Source: Spirochaetia bacterium
GTDB taxonomy: Bacteria; Spirochaetota; Spirochaetia; CADAEX01
DNA: 64,000 bases
NCBI GenBank assembly: GCA_963662265.2
Contig: CAXXHA010000016.1
Span: 1-64,000 of the forward strand
Direction of reading: 5' to 3'
The position numbers and the translations under genes are program-made. Within the stretch, counting starts at the first letter, position 1, and each line of letters opens with the position of its first letter. Shown one piece after another: positions 10,263 to 21,071 of the stretch. Below the pieces are notes generated by a model. It worked only from the letters and a program-made list of their open reading frames with translations, was not told the DNA's origin and did not search any database.

Positions 10263-11489
10263 TTAAAATACTTTATAAGTAACACCTATTCCTACGAGGA
10301 AAAGTTTTTTACTTAAAGTAATATCACCCAGAGCAGTTTCATAATCTGCATCAAAATATATAGGCTTAAACAGTCCTATATCAATTTTAAGATCTTCGAT
10401 AAAAGTCAAACCTGCGCCTGCGCCAATTGTAATACTGTCAAGTATAGGAACTTCTGCTGAGTTCTCGTCATCCTTAAATCCCTGTTTTGAATAAAGGACT
10501 CCACCGCTTAAAGCTATCATTTCGTTAAGAGAATATTCAGCTCCTGCTCCTATTTCCCATGAATTGTCATATTTATTTTCAGCTTCTTTCAGACCTGTCC
10601 CAAAAGCAGCATCTTTATTGAAATAATAATTAAAGCTTAATGAAGTATAAAGACTATCCATTAGCTGGTATCCTACCCCTGCACCTAGTACTGCAGGAAT
10701 ATCCTTGTCATACTTTGTACCTTCTGAAATTTTCATAAGTCCAAGAAATACTGAATAACCGTCTGCTTTGTCATATTCATATTCAAGAGATACTTTTGTC
10801 TGGTACTGCAGAGCAATATCAAGTTCTTCTGTAGGATTAACATGTATCCCGAAAATACCTCCGAATCCGGAAGCTGTTGCTTCTGTATCAGCCAGATTAG
10901 TTCCAAATCCCAGATCATTATCAAGTGTTATTTTCTGGGTTATTTTTCCCTGAATTAATCTTGCAGCTGCTGATAGAGATATGTAGTCATTAATTGCGTA
11001 TGAAGCGCCAAGAACTTCTCCAAAAATAATTGCAGATATATCAAGCGAATGTGGCTGTCCTTGGAGTGCTGTTCCATACAATCCACCAAATGTTGAGAAT
11101 GATCCATCTTCAAATTCTGCGGTTCCTCCCCCTGCAACTACGCTTAAGCCGCCGAAGAGGGCGAAGTTTCCTGCATTCCATACAATTTCTCCGTTGGGAT
11201 ATAGGAGAACAGGGTCTGTTGAGCTGTAATCTCCATTTATAGGTGTCCCTGTTGAATCGTTTGCATAGTCCTTCATCAAAAATTGGTTGCCCAGTTCCAC
11301 ATAAAGACCTTCTTCCATAAATGCAGTTCCTGCAGGGTTATAAAACACTGCATCAGCTTTTTTTGTTTCTGTGTTTTTGCTCGGATTTCTAAGGTATCCG
11401 GCTGACATGTTGTTTTTATTTTCAACTCCGCCCGCAAAAAGGGAAGCTGCGACTGACAGCATCAGAAGTACTATCAATACTCTTTTCAT
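10263..11489 (-). CDS. OmpP1/FadL family outer-membrane beta-barrel transporter
   Basis: Signal peptide MKRVLIVLL..SLFA (start 11489 after GAGGAG), ADAVFYNPAGTAF motif, alternating beta strands, terminal Phe (GVTYKVF). Confidence 0.85.
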   Translation of the reverse strand: MKRVLIVLLMLSVAASLFAGGVENKNNMSAGYLRNPSKNTETKKADAVFYNPAGTAFMEEGLYVELGNQFLMKDYANDSTGTPINGDYSSTDPVLLYPNGEIVWNAGNFALFGGLSVVAGGGTAEFEDGSFSTFGGLYGTALQGQPHSLDISAIIFGEVLGASYAINDYISLSAAARLIQGKITQKITLDNDLGFGTNLADTEATASGFGGIFGIHVNPTEELDIALQYQTKVSLEYEYDKADGYSVFLGLMKISEGTKYDKDIPAVLGAGVGYQLMDSLYTSLSFNYYFNKDAAFGTGLKEAENKYDNSWEIGAGAEYSLNEMIALSGGVLYSKQGFKDDENSAEVPILDSITIGAGAGLTFIEDLKIDIGLFKPIYFDADYETALGDITLSKKLFLVGIGVTYKVF

Positions 11490-11606
11490 TCTTACACTCC
11501 TCAATTTTTTATTTACACTCTTTTTATTACCATATTCCACCGGTAAATGTTTTTTATGCCTACATATGAATGTATAAAACAAATGGTAAAATATGGCAAA
11601 CCTTAT

Positions 11607-11635
11607 ATATTATATGTTTATGATATATAAGTCAA
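11607..11635 (-). promoter_or_regulatory. sigma70-type promoter of the FadL-like gene
   Basis: Minus strand TTGACT-17 bp-TAATAT, embedded in a CTTATATAT...ATATATAAG palindrome. Confidence 0.5.
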
Positions 11636-11787
11636 TTGCTATTTGACAGTATTGTTCGGGTAAATAACAATTAATAGTATAGAATGGTTATTACGTAAAT
11701 CACACAATTTTAATTTGGATGTTAAGAATATGTATTTGAAATATTGAATTTAAAGAAACACAGAACCAGTGTTAAATAGATTTGTTA

Positions 11788-12444
11788 TTACCGGCACAGT
11801 TTTATAAAATCAGCCATGTAATTTCCCAGTTTTATATGATTATCCCTGTCAAAATGTATTCCGTCAATTTCACTGTTTTTAACAATTTTATCGGCATCGA
11901 CAAAATAACAGTTGTTATGTGATGCCATATGTTTAATTTCATGTGAAAATCGGCGGGATTTTTCTACTTCTATCTGGTATATATAAGCTGCTTCAAAATC
12001 TCCGTTAATCTGGGGAGGGGATATGATTATTATGTTTGAATGCGGTTTTTCAATTTTAATTCTGTGAACCATATTTTCTATTCCGATTGTTATATGCTTT
12101 ACAGATTCCTCTTTATTGGCAAAAAGGTCATTAATTCCGAGGAATATAATAATAAAATCGAAATCAGTTTTTTCCATAAGAGATAAAAGATATTGATGAC
12201 CGTTTGTCGGGTGCTGTCCCTGTAAATGATCCAGTACTGTTCTTCCGTTAAGCCCTTCTTCCTGGATTTCGTATTTATTTCCCAGTTTTGATTTCATAAC
12301 GCATGGCCATCGTGTATTTTCATCAAACCGTACGCCTGACATGGGATCAAATCCCCATGTAGATGAAGAACCATAGCAGAGTATCTTTATTTTCTCCTTC
12401 TTCCTGTTATCTTTTACCGGATTAGACATAATTCTCTCCTGCAT
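11788..12444 (-). CDS. SGNH/GDSL hydrolase (arylesterase-like)
   Basis: CYGSSSTWG (block I variant), EEGLNGRT, FLGINDL, DGIH. Confidence 0.88.
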   Translation of the reverse strand: MQERIMSNPVKDNRKKEKIKILCYGSSSTWGFDPMSGVRFDENTRWPCVMKSKLGNKYEIQEEGLNGRTVLDHLQGQHPTNGHQYLLSLMEKTDFDFIIIFLGINDLFANKEESVKHITIGIENMVHRIKIEKPHSNIIIISPPQINGDFEAAYIYQIEVEKSRRFSHEIKHMASHNNCYFVDADKIVKNSEIDGIHFDRDNHIKLGNYMADFIKLCR

Positions 12445-12474
12445 AAGGTTTTATATGTCCCTGTAATAAATTAT

Positions 12475-12649
12475 GGGCACCTCAAAAACTCGCTTTTGTG
12501 AGTTTTTTCCTTAGATGTTTGCCCACAAGGGAATCTATAAGAAAAAACTATGTTTTTAGTATATGACAAATTATTATCATACAAGAAGCTATAGTCTAAA
12601 TTAGAATAAAATGATGCAAAATTAAAAAACATAGTTTTTAGAGATTCCC
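12475..12649 (+). mobile_element. composite MITE-like element (family copy B)
   Basis: GGGCACCTC..AAAACTCGCTTTTG..GCCCACAAG followed by GGGAATCTATAAGAAAAAACTATGTTTT...AAAACATAGTTTTTAGAGATTCCC. Confidence 0.65.
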
Positions 12650-13009
12650 TTATATACAGCTTATAAAATCATGCAATTTTGCCGTTAGTTAAGTTTTCGG
12701 AAAAAGAGGGCTAAAAATTTAAATTCTGTTCTGAAAGGTTAAATGTGGATATTTCTGATGGATAATATAATATTGGATAATCAGGCAGTATTTGACCTGA
12801 TTATAGCAGTAAAAGATAAAGGCAGTCTTTGAGTATTAAATATTTGTATGGATAATATTAAAGTCTAAATTAGATCATTCTTACAATAACTATAACAGCT
12901 ATTACACAAAGAAGCAGATAAAGCATAAATCCTCCAGTTAAGTTTATGTTTTTTATTATATTACAGTTTATTGTTTTTTTTAAAGAAAATAATTCTGAAA
13001 TTCAGTAAT

Positions 13010-14152
13010 TTATTCCCGTTTCACTATTGTTTCTCTTGAAATAAGAACCACTGAAACTAACATACATACTGCTGTATATGATAATGACCATGAAAAAGTT
13101 GAAAATACATTAAGCGGGTTCAGTCTGTTCAGTGAAATTTCTTTTATCAGTAAACTTAAATTCAAAAGAGGTATATGCCTGTAGTATGCATCGATATTAA
13201 GAGGATCAATTACAGATGTTATATATCCTGCTGTCATTGTTATCATCATGAGGGGAAGAAACAGTATCTGGGCTTCCTTGGGTGATTTTGCCGTAAGACT
13301 CAGAAGGAGTTCAGCCGAACTGAAAAGCATTGTAAGTATTACTGCTGTTAAAAGCAGCAGAATTACCGATGATGTTTCCATGTAGAAATCAAGTTTTTCA
13401 AAACCGAAAACTCCAGGAGTCATATATCCTGATATAACTATTCCTGTTGAAAATGCTATGGTTCCGGCTATCCCCATTACTATTAGACAGAGATATTTTC
13501 CTGCAAGTATTTCAGTTTTTGTTACTGGGTTTGCAAGCAGAGGTTCGAGGGTGAACCGTTCCTTTTCTCCTGCGCCTGTATCTGATGCAAGTGCAACAGG
13601 GCTTAGCGCTGCAAATACAAAAAGAAGAAAGGGGAGAAGTGTCGACATTATAAGCATGCTGCTTCCTGTATTTTTGTTGTAGAGGCAATTCTGTTTTATA
13701 AGAAAATTTTCATTGTTTACAATGTTTTTATTTTTAAAAGATTCTGTGAGAGATTCAAGCAGAGCAGTAAGCTCAGCTGCTGCTGTGAGCGAGTGCTGCC
13801 GGGAGTTATCAAAGTTTACTGTAATTTCTCTTTTCCCGTTTCTGGTTTCTGATTTTACAAGTGCATAGATTTTCCCGTTTTTCAGCCTGTTATCCAGATT
13901 ATTTTCTATAATATTGAATTTTTCTATGGAAAAAAGGAAATCCCTGATGACTGATCCATCCTGCTCGATAAGACCTATATCATATGTATTTTTAATTTTC
14001 CTGTTTGCATTCTGTATATTTATATCAAGAACACTGAAAATCAGGGGAAAAAGAATGACAGGAAAAATGATTGATATGAAAAATGCTCTTTTATCCCTGA
14101 GAGTATCTTTAAGTTCCTTTTTTAAGATAAAAGATATCTTTTTAATATTCAT
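13010..14152 (-). CDS. natB: ABC transporter permease, NatB-like
   Basis: KKELKDTLRDKR start, AGEKERFTLEPLLANPV..EILAGK, AKSPKEAQ. Confidence 0.8.
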   Translation of the reverse strand: MNIKKISFILKKELKDTLRDKRAFFISIIFPVILFPLIFSVLDINIQNANRKIKNTYDIGLIEQDGSVIRDFLFSIEKFNIIENNLDNRLKNGKIYALVKSETRNGKREITVNFDNSRQHSLTAAAELTALLESLTESFKNKNIVNNENFLIKQNCLYNKNTGSSMLIMSTLLPFLLFVFAALSPVALASDTGAGEKERFTLEPLLANPVTKTEILAGKYLCLIVMGIAGTIAFSTGIVISGYMTPGVFGFEKLDFYMETSSVILLLLTAVILTMLFSSAELLLSLTAKSPKEAQILFLPLMMITMTAGYITSVIDPLNIDAYYRHIPLLNLSLLIKEISLNRLNPLNVFSTFSWSLSYTAVCMLVSVVLISRETIVKRE

Positions 14153-14876
14153 TTTTCCTCCCTGTTAGCGAGTGGAAAATGCTTTCTATATCCTTACTGT
14201 ATCTGTTTTCAAGATCCTTTCTTTTCCCGGAATCAATTATAGTTCCTTTATGCATAATGATTATTCTGTCTGATATTTTTATTATCTCCTGTATGTCATG
14301 GCTTGAAAACAATATTGACTTTCCCTTTCCTTTTATAAAATGGATAAAATCCTGTACTTTTTTTGATGCAGATATATCAAGACCGGATGTCGGTTCATCC
14401 AGTATTATTATTTCCGGATTGTGTATGAGGGATCTTGCTATTGCTGTTTTCTGTTTCATCCCTTTTGAAAAAGTACCGCATCTCCTGTTCAGAAAATCAT
14501 CCATTTCAAGGATTTCTGCAAACTGCTTTATTCTTTTCCTGATTGTCTCCCTGCCAATTCCATGGAGCTGACCAAAGTATTCTATATTTTCATAAGCGGT
14601 AAGCCTGTCGTATAACCCTGTTTCTCCCCCCTGAAGGATACCTATGTTCCGCCTTACTTTTAAAGGTTCACTGACTGAGCAGAAATCGTTTATCAGGCAT
14701 GTTCCTGAATCCGGCCTGAGTATAGTTGATATTATTCTTATAAGGGTGGTTTTTCCTGCACCGTTTTCCCCCAGAAGAGCAACTGATTCACCTCTTTCTA
14801 CATTGAAAGAGATATTTTTAAGAGCATTGATGTTTGATTTTTTGAAGCTTTTGTTCAGATTTTCTATTCTTATCAA
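14142..14876 (-). CDS. natA: ABC transporter ATP-binding protein, NatA-like
   Basis: GENGAGKTT Walker A, GLYDRLTAYENI, FSKGMKQK signature, ILDEPTSGLD. Overlaps the permease start. Confidence 0.85.
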   Translation of the reverse strand: MIRIENLNKSFKKSNINALKNISFNVERGESVALLGENGAGKTTLIRIISTILRPDSGTCLINDFCSVSEPLKVRRNIGILQGGETGLYDRLTAYENIEYFGQLHGIGRETIRKRIKQFAEILEMDDFLNRRCGTFSKGMKQKTAIARSLIHNPEIIILDEPTSGLDISASKKVQDFIHFIKGKGKSILFSSHDIQEIIKISDRIIIMHKGTIIDSGKRKDLENRYSKDIESIFHSLTGRKNEY

Positions 14877-15144
14877 TATTATTCCCTGTGACTGAATCTT
14901 GTATTGTACATAACTTCCTTATGAACGAATGATACTTCAAAAGATTGAAAATAGATACATATATTTTTGACAGTGTTGTTTACAGATAATAACATTAATA
15001 ATTTTTACCACTGCCCAAAAATTTTATTGACTGATACAATTTCATATCCCATAATTTAATGGGGTATTTTATCCTTAAAGTTATATCATATAAGTATTAT
15101 TGTTTAACTGCTGTTTTGCGGTTAAAAAGTAAAAGTGAATAAGT

Positions 15145-16245
15145 ATGAAAGAAAAGTTATTTGTCCACTACGGAAGCAATCCGTTCGAAAACACTGTTGC
15201 TCTGCTTGAGCATCTGGATCTGTTTTCTGATATCCCTTCCGATTCCCTGATAGGAATAAAACCGAATCTTGAATTTTCAAAACCATCGAAAAGCGGCGCT
15301 ACAACTGATCCGGGTGTTGTTGAAGGGATTGTTCATTATCTTAAGTTAAAAGGTCTTGATAATATTATTATTCTTGATGGCTCATCAGATTCTGATTTTA
15401 CTGATCTTGCTTTTCAGGTATGCGGGTATAAAAAAATAGCAAAGAAATACGGTGTAAAGCTTGTTGATTTACAGAACGATTCAAGTATTCCTGTGCGGAC
15501 CGGCAACAGGACACTTTTTATCTGCAATGACGCACTTGCAGTTGATTATCTGATCAATGTTCCTGTTCTTAAAGCAGACAGCAGAATAGGAATAAACGCT
15601 TCGCTGGCAAACATGTTCGGCTGTGTTCCCAATTCAGAAAAGAAGAGATTTAAATCAGACCCTCATATTCCGGTTTCATGCATAAACAGTATTTTAAAAT
15701 CTGATCTGATTATTGTAGACAGCATAATAGGAGATCTTAAATATGAAGAAGGAGGGGCACCTGTAAATATGAACAGAATTATAGCTGGAAAAGATCCTGT
15801 TCTGACTGATTCATATTGTGCTTCACTGATTGGAATTAAGGCTTCAGATGTTGATTATATTATGGAATCTGAAAAAAAAGGGGTAGGCTTCAGTAATATT
15901 GACGATGCAGAAATTATTGAAATCAACAGGAATATGGATACTGCTTCCGGCAGCAAACAACTTGAAAAATTACTATTCTCCGATTTTGTTGTTGAAAAAG
16001 ATGCCTGTGCCGGATGTCATGCCGGCCTTGTACATGCACTGAGCAGGCTTGAAGATAAAGATATGATGTCTTTTGTTGATTCAAAAATATATATTGGAAA
16101 ATATTTCAGAAATAAACGTTCAAAAACAACCGGAATCGGAATAGGCGACTGCTGCAGGAATTTTGACAGATATGTAAAAGGGTGTCCGCCCCGTGCAATT
16201 GATATTGTGGATTTTATTTGTGCTAAAGATCCTGTAGTTCAGTAA
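15145..16245 (+). CDS. DUF362 domain protein with Cys-rich C-terminal domain
   Basis: IGIKPNL..GATTDP, LINVPVLK, DPVLTDS. C-terminal ACAGC, GDCC and GCPP. Confidence 0.8.
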   Translation: MKEKLFVHYGSNPFENTVALLEHLDLFSDIPSDSLIGIKPNLEFSKPSKSGATTDPGVVEGIVHYLKLKGLDNIIILDGSSDSDFTDLAFQVCGYKKIAKKYGVKLVDLQNDSSIPVRTGNRTLFICNDALAVDYLINVPVLKADSRIGINASLANMFGCVPNSEKKRFKSDPHIPVSCINSILKSDLIIVDSIIGDLKYEEGGAPVNMNRIIAGKDPVLTDSYCASLIGIKASDVDYIMESEKKGVGFSNIDDAEIIEINRNMDTASGSKQLEKLLFSDFVVEKDACAGCHAGLVHALSRLEDKDMMSFVDSKIYIGKYFRNKRSKTTGIGIGDCCRNFDRYVKGCPPRAIDIVDFICAKDPVVQ

Positions 16246-16353
16246 TTTCTGCAGTTTTAATATTTATCCCAGGTCCGGAATAAAACATGCCGGAAAGAAA
16301 CATCTGAGAATCATTTCCTTGACTTAAATTAGTGCTGATAATATTCTTAGAGC

Positions 16354-18063
16354 ATGGGAATAGAAACAATTTGCTGCGGCGGCTACGGCGGTTCTGCAGA
16401 GGTTCATATACAGATCAGAAATATCTTCCCCGGCCTCGGGGGAGTAATTACAACAGAAAAAGATTTTGTTGCAGCCTGCAGGATTCCGCGCGGAACTGAT
16501 CTTGCGAAAATAAACAATCCTGATTCTGATATTACCCTGGACAGCTTGGGAAACAAGCAGACACTTGCTGCTCTGGGAGTATATTTCAGGCATGCACTGA
16601 TAAAAAAACTTGATGACTTTTTTTTCCGTTCAGGAAGATACCGTTTTTCACATGTCCCGCGTCCCTTGGGATCAGATATAGACGGAATCTACTATTATGA
16701 ATGGGTCTTCGGGGATGAAGGGTATTATCCCCAGTTTTATGATGATGATTATGAAAAATGGTTTCCTGTCAAGGTTGATGAATGGGACAAGGCCTCCGGC
16801 TGTTTTGACCAGGCGGGGGTGGGTATTTTTGATGATACAGTCGATACAGACGGGTATTATATAAAGAATATTGTCATGCTCGAACCCCGTGTTACCGATT
16901 CTGAGGAGCAGCTTACAAAGCTCTGGAAGAGAATTGACTTCGGATCTGAGAGTCTTCATATTGATTTTTATAAACTTGAAAAGTATTTGAATGATTACAA
17001 ATCTGACCTTCAGAAATATCTCAAAGATGAAAGGTTTGAGATGATGGAGCTCATGCTCAAGTTTCTCATGACATCTTCAAATCCTTCGGAATTTCAGAAA
17101 ATTGACCGCCTGAGCGAACTGGTTTTTGATTACCGTAAATCCACCACAAGCCATATGAGCAAGCTTCATCACTGCCATATCGATGAACTTGAAACATGCC
17201 AGACAAGAAAAATAAATTACAGGGTCGGAAGAAATATTAAAGACCTCGCATTTTCGAAAAGAATCAAGGCCAATGCGGAATATTCTCTGGACCTTGAAAT
17301 CAGATCAGGGTTCCGTTCAATTGACGGGATTATCTATACACTCCAGGAATTTCCTGTCGCAAAAATGAACTGGCGACACGGGAATACATTTTATTCCGGA
17401 TTTGACCATTTTGCACGGCATTACATAGTTAAAAAACTTGAAGATGCCTTTATATCTGCAGGCGAATACAGTTATCCCCATATTCCGCGGCCTCTTGGTT
17501 CTGAGGGAAACTCATATTATACAGAATGGGTTTACGGATTTCCAAAGTGTCCCAAGACTCTTATATACCGGGATGAACCGAGCAGCAACAAGGCCGGGCT
17601 TTATAACTGGTATGAGTTTTATACTCTTTTTTATGAAGCTGGAATTGATATGAGAAGCAGAATGCGATATCAGCAGAGCAAGATGTATGACAATGTTTAC
17701 CATTCAAGGCAGATTATAGTCAGGCAGCCTCTTGCTGATGACAATCCTGACTATATTTCCAGGCTGTGGCAGCGGGTGGAATTCGATGAGTTTACAACAC
17801 CTATAGATTTTGAGATTCTGGAAAACTATCTTGAGGAAAAAAAGGATTATCTTAAATCAAACCTGACTGAAGGGCGTTATGAGACCATGATTATAATGCT
17901 CAAGTACCTGAAGGGTGATATGACTAAAGAGGATTTTGAGTGGCTGAAAAGCAATCTTCATGACTACAGAATTTCAACACTCAGACATCTTAATTACAGC
18001 GGTTTCGGACTGCCTCCCGAAGGTTTCGTTGACCTGAGTGTTGATTCGGGATTTGCAATGTAA
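16354..18063 (+). CDS. hypothetical protein with two tandem homologous domains (protein-kinase-like motifs)
   Basis: 569 aa. Internal duplication (RH..[IV]KKL.D.F...G.Y...H.PRPLGS...YY.EWV.G twice). First copy has GGYGGS, KNIV and RIDFG. Confidence 0.7.
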   Translation: MGIETICCGGYGGSAEVHIQIRNIFPGLGGVITTEKDFVAACRIPRGTDLAKINNPDSDITLDSLGNKQTLAALGVYFRHALIKKLDDFFFRSGRYRFSHVPRPLGSDIDGIYYYEWVFGDEGYYPQFYDDDYEKWFPVKVDEWDKASGCFDQAGVGIFDDTVDTDGYYIKNIVMLEPRVTDSEEQLTKLWKRIDFGSESLHIDFYKLEKYLNDYKSDLQKYLKDERFEMMELMLKFLMTSSNPSEFQKIDRLSELVFDYRKSTTSHMSKLHHCHIDELETCQTRKINYRVGRNIKDLAFSKRIKANAEYSLDLEIRSGFRSIDGIIYTLQEFPVAKMNWRHGNTFYSGFDHFARHYIVKKLEDAFISAGEYSYPHIPRPLGSEGNSYYTEWVYGFPKCPKTLIYRDEPSSNKAGLYNWYEFYTLFYEAGIDMRSRMRYQQSKMYDNVYHSRQIIVRQPLADDNPDYISRLWQRVEFDEFTTPIDFEILENYLEEKKDYLKSNLTEGRYETMIIMLKYLKGDMTKEDFEWLKSNLHDYRISTLRHLNYSGFGLPPEGFVDLSVDSGFAM

Positions 18064-18102
18064 CAGGAGATAGCTTCTGAAATATATTCAGGAGCATTAT
18101 TT

Positions 18103-18996
18103 TCATGTTTTTTTAACTTCTCGTATTATTGAAAATGAATAGAAAACAAGGCCTGCCCAGATAAGGGAAAACCCTACTATGTGGGCTCTCAGAAAAGGCT
18201 CTTTGTAATAGAATATACCTGTCAGAAGCATCAGTGTCGGGGAAATATACTGAAGAAAGCCTACGGCAGATAATGGTATTTTCTTTGCACCTTCTGCAAA
18301 CAGAAGGAGAGGTACTCCTGTTACAACTCCTGACATCATTATTAATAAATCTGTCTTTGGTGAACCTGAAAAGAGTGCGCTTTCCCCCCTTATCCCTATT
18401 ACAGTCATAATAATCACTGCAATCGGAACAACCGCCATTGTTTCAGCCATGAGTCCGTCAATTGAATCAAATGAAAAATGCTTTTTCAAAAGTCCGTAAA
18501 CACCGAATGATACAGCAAGGTAAATTGCTATATACGGGAATTTACCGTAGTCAAATGTCATGTAAAGAACTCCCCCCGCAGCCAGTATCAGTGCTGTGAT
18601 CTGTATCCGGTTAAGCCTTTCTCTGAAAAAAAGCATACCAAGAGCAACACATACAAGGGGATTTATATAGTAACCAAGACTTGCTTCTATTATCCTGTCT
18701 GTGTTGACGCAGAAAATATATGCAAACCAGTTGGATGAAAGTACCAGTCCTGTCATAAAAACAGATAAAAACAGTTTCATGGATTTAAAAATATTGAGAC
18801 TGTTTTTCCGTCTGAAAAATGAAATTATGAGAAGAAACAGGTAGCACCATATTATCCTGTTAAGCATTATCTGCACAGAAGGTACATGATACAGTGTTTT
18901 CCAGAAAAACGGGAGCAGTCCCCACATTATGTATGATCCTGCCGCAAAGAGATATCCTGAAGAGCCTGCACTGTTCTGTTTTTTACTGATGTTCAT
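18103..18996 (-). CDS. rarD: EamA family transporter RarD
   Basis: YIMWGLLPFFWK, EASLGYYINPLV, GFLQYISPTL motifs. Confidence 0.92.
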   Translation of the reverse strand: MNISKKQNSAGSSGYLFAAGSYIMWGLLPFFWKTLYHVPSVQIMLNRIIWCYLFLLIISFFRRKNSLNIFKSMKLFLSVFMTGLVLSSNWFAYIFCVNTDRIIEASLGYYINPLVCVALGMLFFRERLNRIQITALILAAGGVLYMTFDYGKFPYIAIYLAVSFGVYGLLKKHFSFDSIDGLMAETMAVVPIAVIIMTVIGIRGESALFSGSPKTDLLIMMSGVVTGVPLLLFAEGAKKIPLSAVGFLQYISPTLMLLTGIFYYKEPFLRAHIVGFSLIWAGLVFYSFSIIREVKKT

Positions 18997-19214
18997 AAAA
19001 AGAGAATATATTATCTGTTTGATTACTTCAACAATAGTTAAGGCTCTGATTCTGATTTATATTAATTTCATTTTTTATGTTTTGATATTTCAATATACAG
19101 GATTATAATTATCCGGGTGTATTTGTCTTTATATAGGTATAAATATAATATGATTTATATTTACTGAAATTTATTTACACATAATAATTTTAATAACCGG
19201 AGCTGTCAGGTTTA

Positions 19215-21071
19215 ATGATTGTTTTCAGAAAAAGTATCAGGTATGAACTTTCAAAATATATTGTAATCTCAATGTTCTTTTTTCTTGCTGCAGTTCTTAT
19301 ATTCAGCTTCCAGTACCTGGGGCGTTTTTTTTCCGATAACGCGGAAAACGGGGCAATGACAATTCTTTATGAGACAGATTCAAAAATTAATAATTTTTTC
19401 GAGGAAATTGAAAGGATTTCAGAATCTCTTGTTAATTACAGAGCAGTGTACGAGGTGCGGACAGATGAAATGAAGGAAATATTTGTTTCAAATGTACTTG
19501 CCAGAAAAAAATATCTGAGAGCAATCTACCTGGGGACAAAAGAGGGTGAAATGTATGAATGGGGTTATGGAGAAGGATTTATTGATTATACTCCCAAATT
19601 CCCGGAAGGTTATAATCCGGTCCTCCGTCCCTGGTACAGAAAAGGTTATGAGGCAGGAAAACATTCAATAACAGATCCATATATTTATGCGAGTATTAAT
19701 AAACTCGGAATAACAAGTGTTAACCCTGTCCATGATAGTGAAAACCGTTTTGTCGGAATACTCGGTATTGATGTGATGCTTGAGACAATGAGGGATTTTC
19801 TTGATGATTTTGAAATAGAAAATGACGGTAAAATTATCCTAATTTCAGATACAGGACGTGTGATTGCAAGTCAGCTTGACCAGCTTGGAAAAGACAATGC
19901 TTCATCTCTTGAAAATATTCTGATGAAAAGCCTTGCTTCCGGCAAGAATGAGAATGAAGGCAGTTTTATAGGGAGTTTCGGGGGAGATAATTATTTTTTC
20001 GCATTTAAAAGGAACAGCCTTACCGGGTGGAATTTAAGTATAATATATCCATATGATTCTATTACACGTGATGTGAAACGGGTTATTACAATTATTTCAT
20101 CAGTATATTTTGTTCTTGTCATAATGCTTTACCTGACCCTGGTCAGTCTCAGCCGTGTTCTTATCATAGGACCTCTTGAAGAACTTTATTCTGTAATGAA
20201 AAAGATTGAGTCGGGTGATCAGGATGTCCGGGTAAATATAAATACATCAAACGAATTCGGTGTAATAGGAGAACAGTTCAACAGGCTGTTTGATGTAGTT
20301 AAGGAATATTCGGAAAGTCTTCAAAAAAAGGTAGAGGAGCGGACTTCAGAAGTCATAAAACTCCAGAAAGAAAATACAAGGCTTCGTATTATTGAAGAAA
20401 GGGAGAGAATCCTTCAGGATCTCCATGATTCAATAGGGGCAAAGCTGACAAATATAAATATATGCAATAATGTGCTGCAGGCTCTTGAAGATGAAAACAC
20501 ATCTCCTGAACAGCTGGAACTTGTTGAGCAGATTTCTGATAACTGCAGTCTTGCAATAAGGGAACTGAAGGATATTGTTGTCCGTGACCGCAGCGGAGCA
20601 AGTGAAACTCTTGATGATTATCTTGACTACAGGATTGAGGAGAGGCTATCTCTCAAGAATATTGATCTGAAAATTAAATGGAAGATTAAAACAGATCTGT
20701 TTCTTCAGATGATTGATTTCAAAACTGAAAAAGAGCTTGTCAATATTCTGAAAGAACTTGTAAGCAATGTTCTCAATCATTCAGGTGCAAACAAGGTACT
20801 TCTGATTTTCAGCAGGGAAAAAGAACGTCTTGTAATCAGTTTTCAGGATGACGGAGATGGTGTAGGTGAGAAGGAACTGCTTATTTCCGGAAGCGGTATA
20901 AGAAATATTCGAAAACGGATGAGAAATATAAGGGGGACAGCTCAGTTTGAAACAGGGAAGAACCGGGGTGTTAAGGTTTTGCTGAAATTCAACCCTGTCG
21001 GTACAGGGTTAACAGCTGATTTGCCGGTTCCTGAAATCGAAGACTATAAGGACGATAATGGAAATTCTTAA
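19215..21071 (+). CDS. sensor histidine kinase (Cache + HAMP + HisKA_3 + HATPase)
   Basis: YNPVLRPWY..G (dCache), ITDPYI, NEFGVIGEQFN (HAMP), ERERILQDLHD, QDDGDG..GSGIRNI. Confidence 0.9.
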   Translation: MIVFRKSIRYELSKYIVISMFFFLAAVLIFSFQYLGRFFSDNAENGAMTILYETDSKINNFFEEIERISESLVNYRAVYEVRTDEMKEIFVSNVLARKKYLRAIYLGTKEGEMYEWGYGEGFIDYTPKFPEGYNPVLRPWYRKGYEAGKHSITDPYIYASINKLGITSVNPVHDSENRFVGILGIDVMLETMRDFLDDFEIENDGKIILISDTGRVIASQLDQLGKDNASSLENILMKSLASGKNENEGSFIGSFGGDNYFFAFKRNSLTGWNLSIIYPYDSITRDVKRVITIISSVYFVLVIMLYLTLVSLSRVLIIGPLEELYSVMKKIESGDQDVRVNINTSNEFGVIGEQFNRLFDVVKEYSESLQKKVEERTSEVIKLQKENTRLRIIEERERILQDLHDSIGAKLTNINICNNVLQALEDENTSPEQLELVEQISDNCSLAIRELKDIVVRDRSGASETLDDYLDYRIEERLSLKNIDLKIKWKIKTDLFLQMIDFKTEKELVNILKELVSNVLNHSGANKVLLIFSREKERLVISFQDDGDGVGEKELLISGSGIRNIRKRMRNIRGTAQFETGKNRGVKVLLKFNPVGTGLTADLPVPEIEDYKDDNGNS

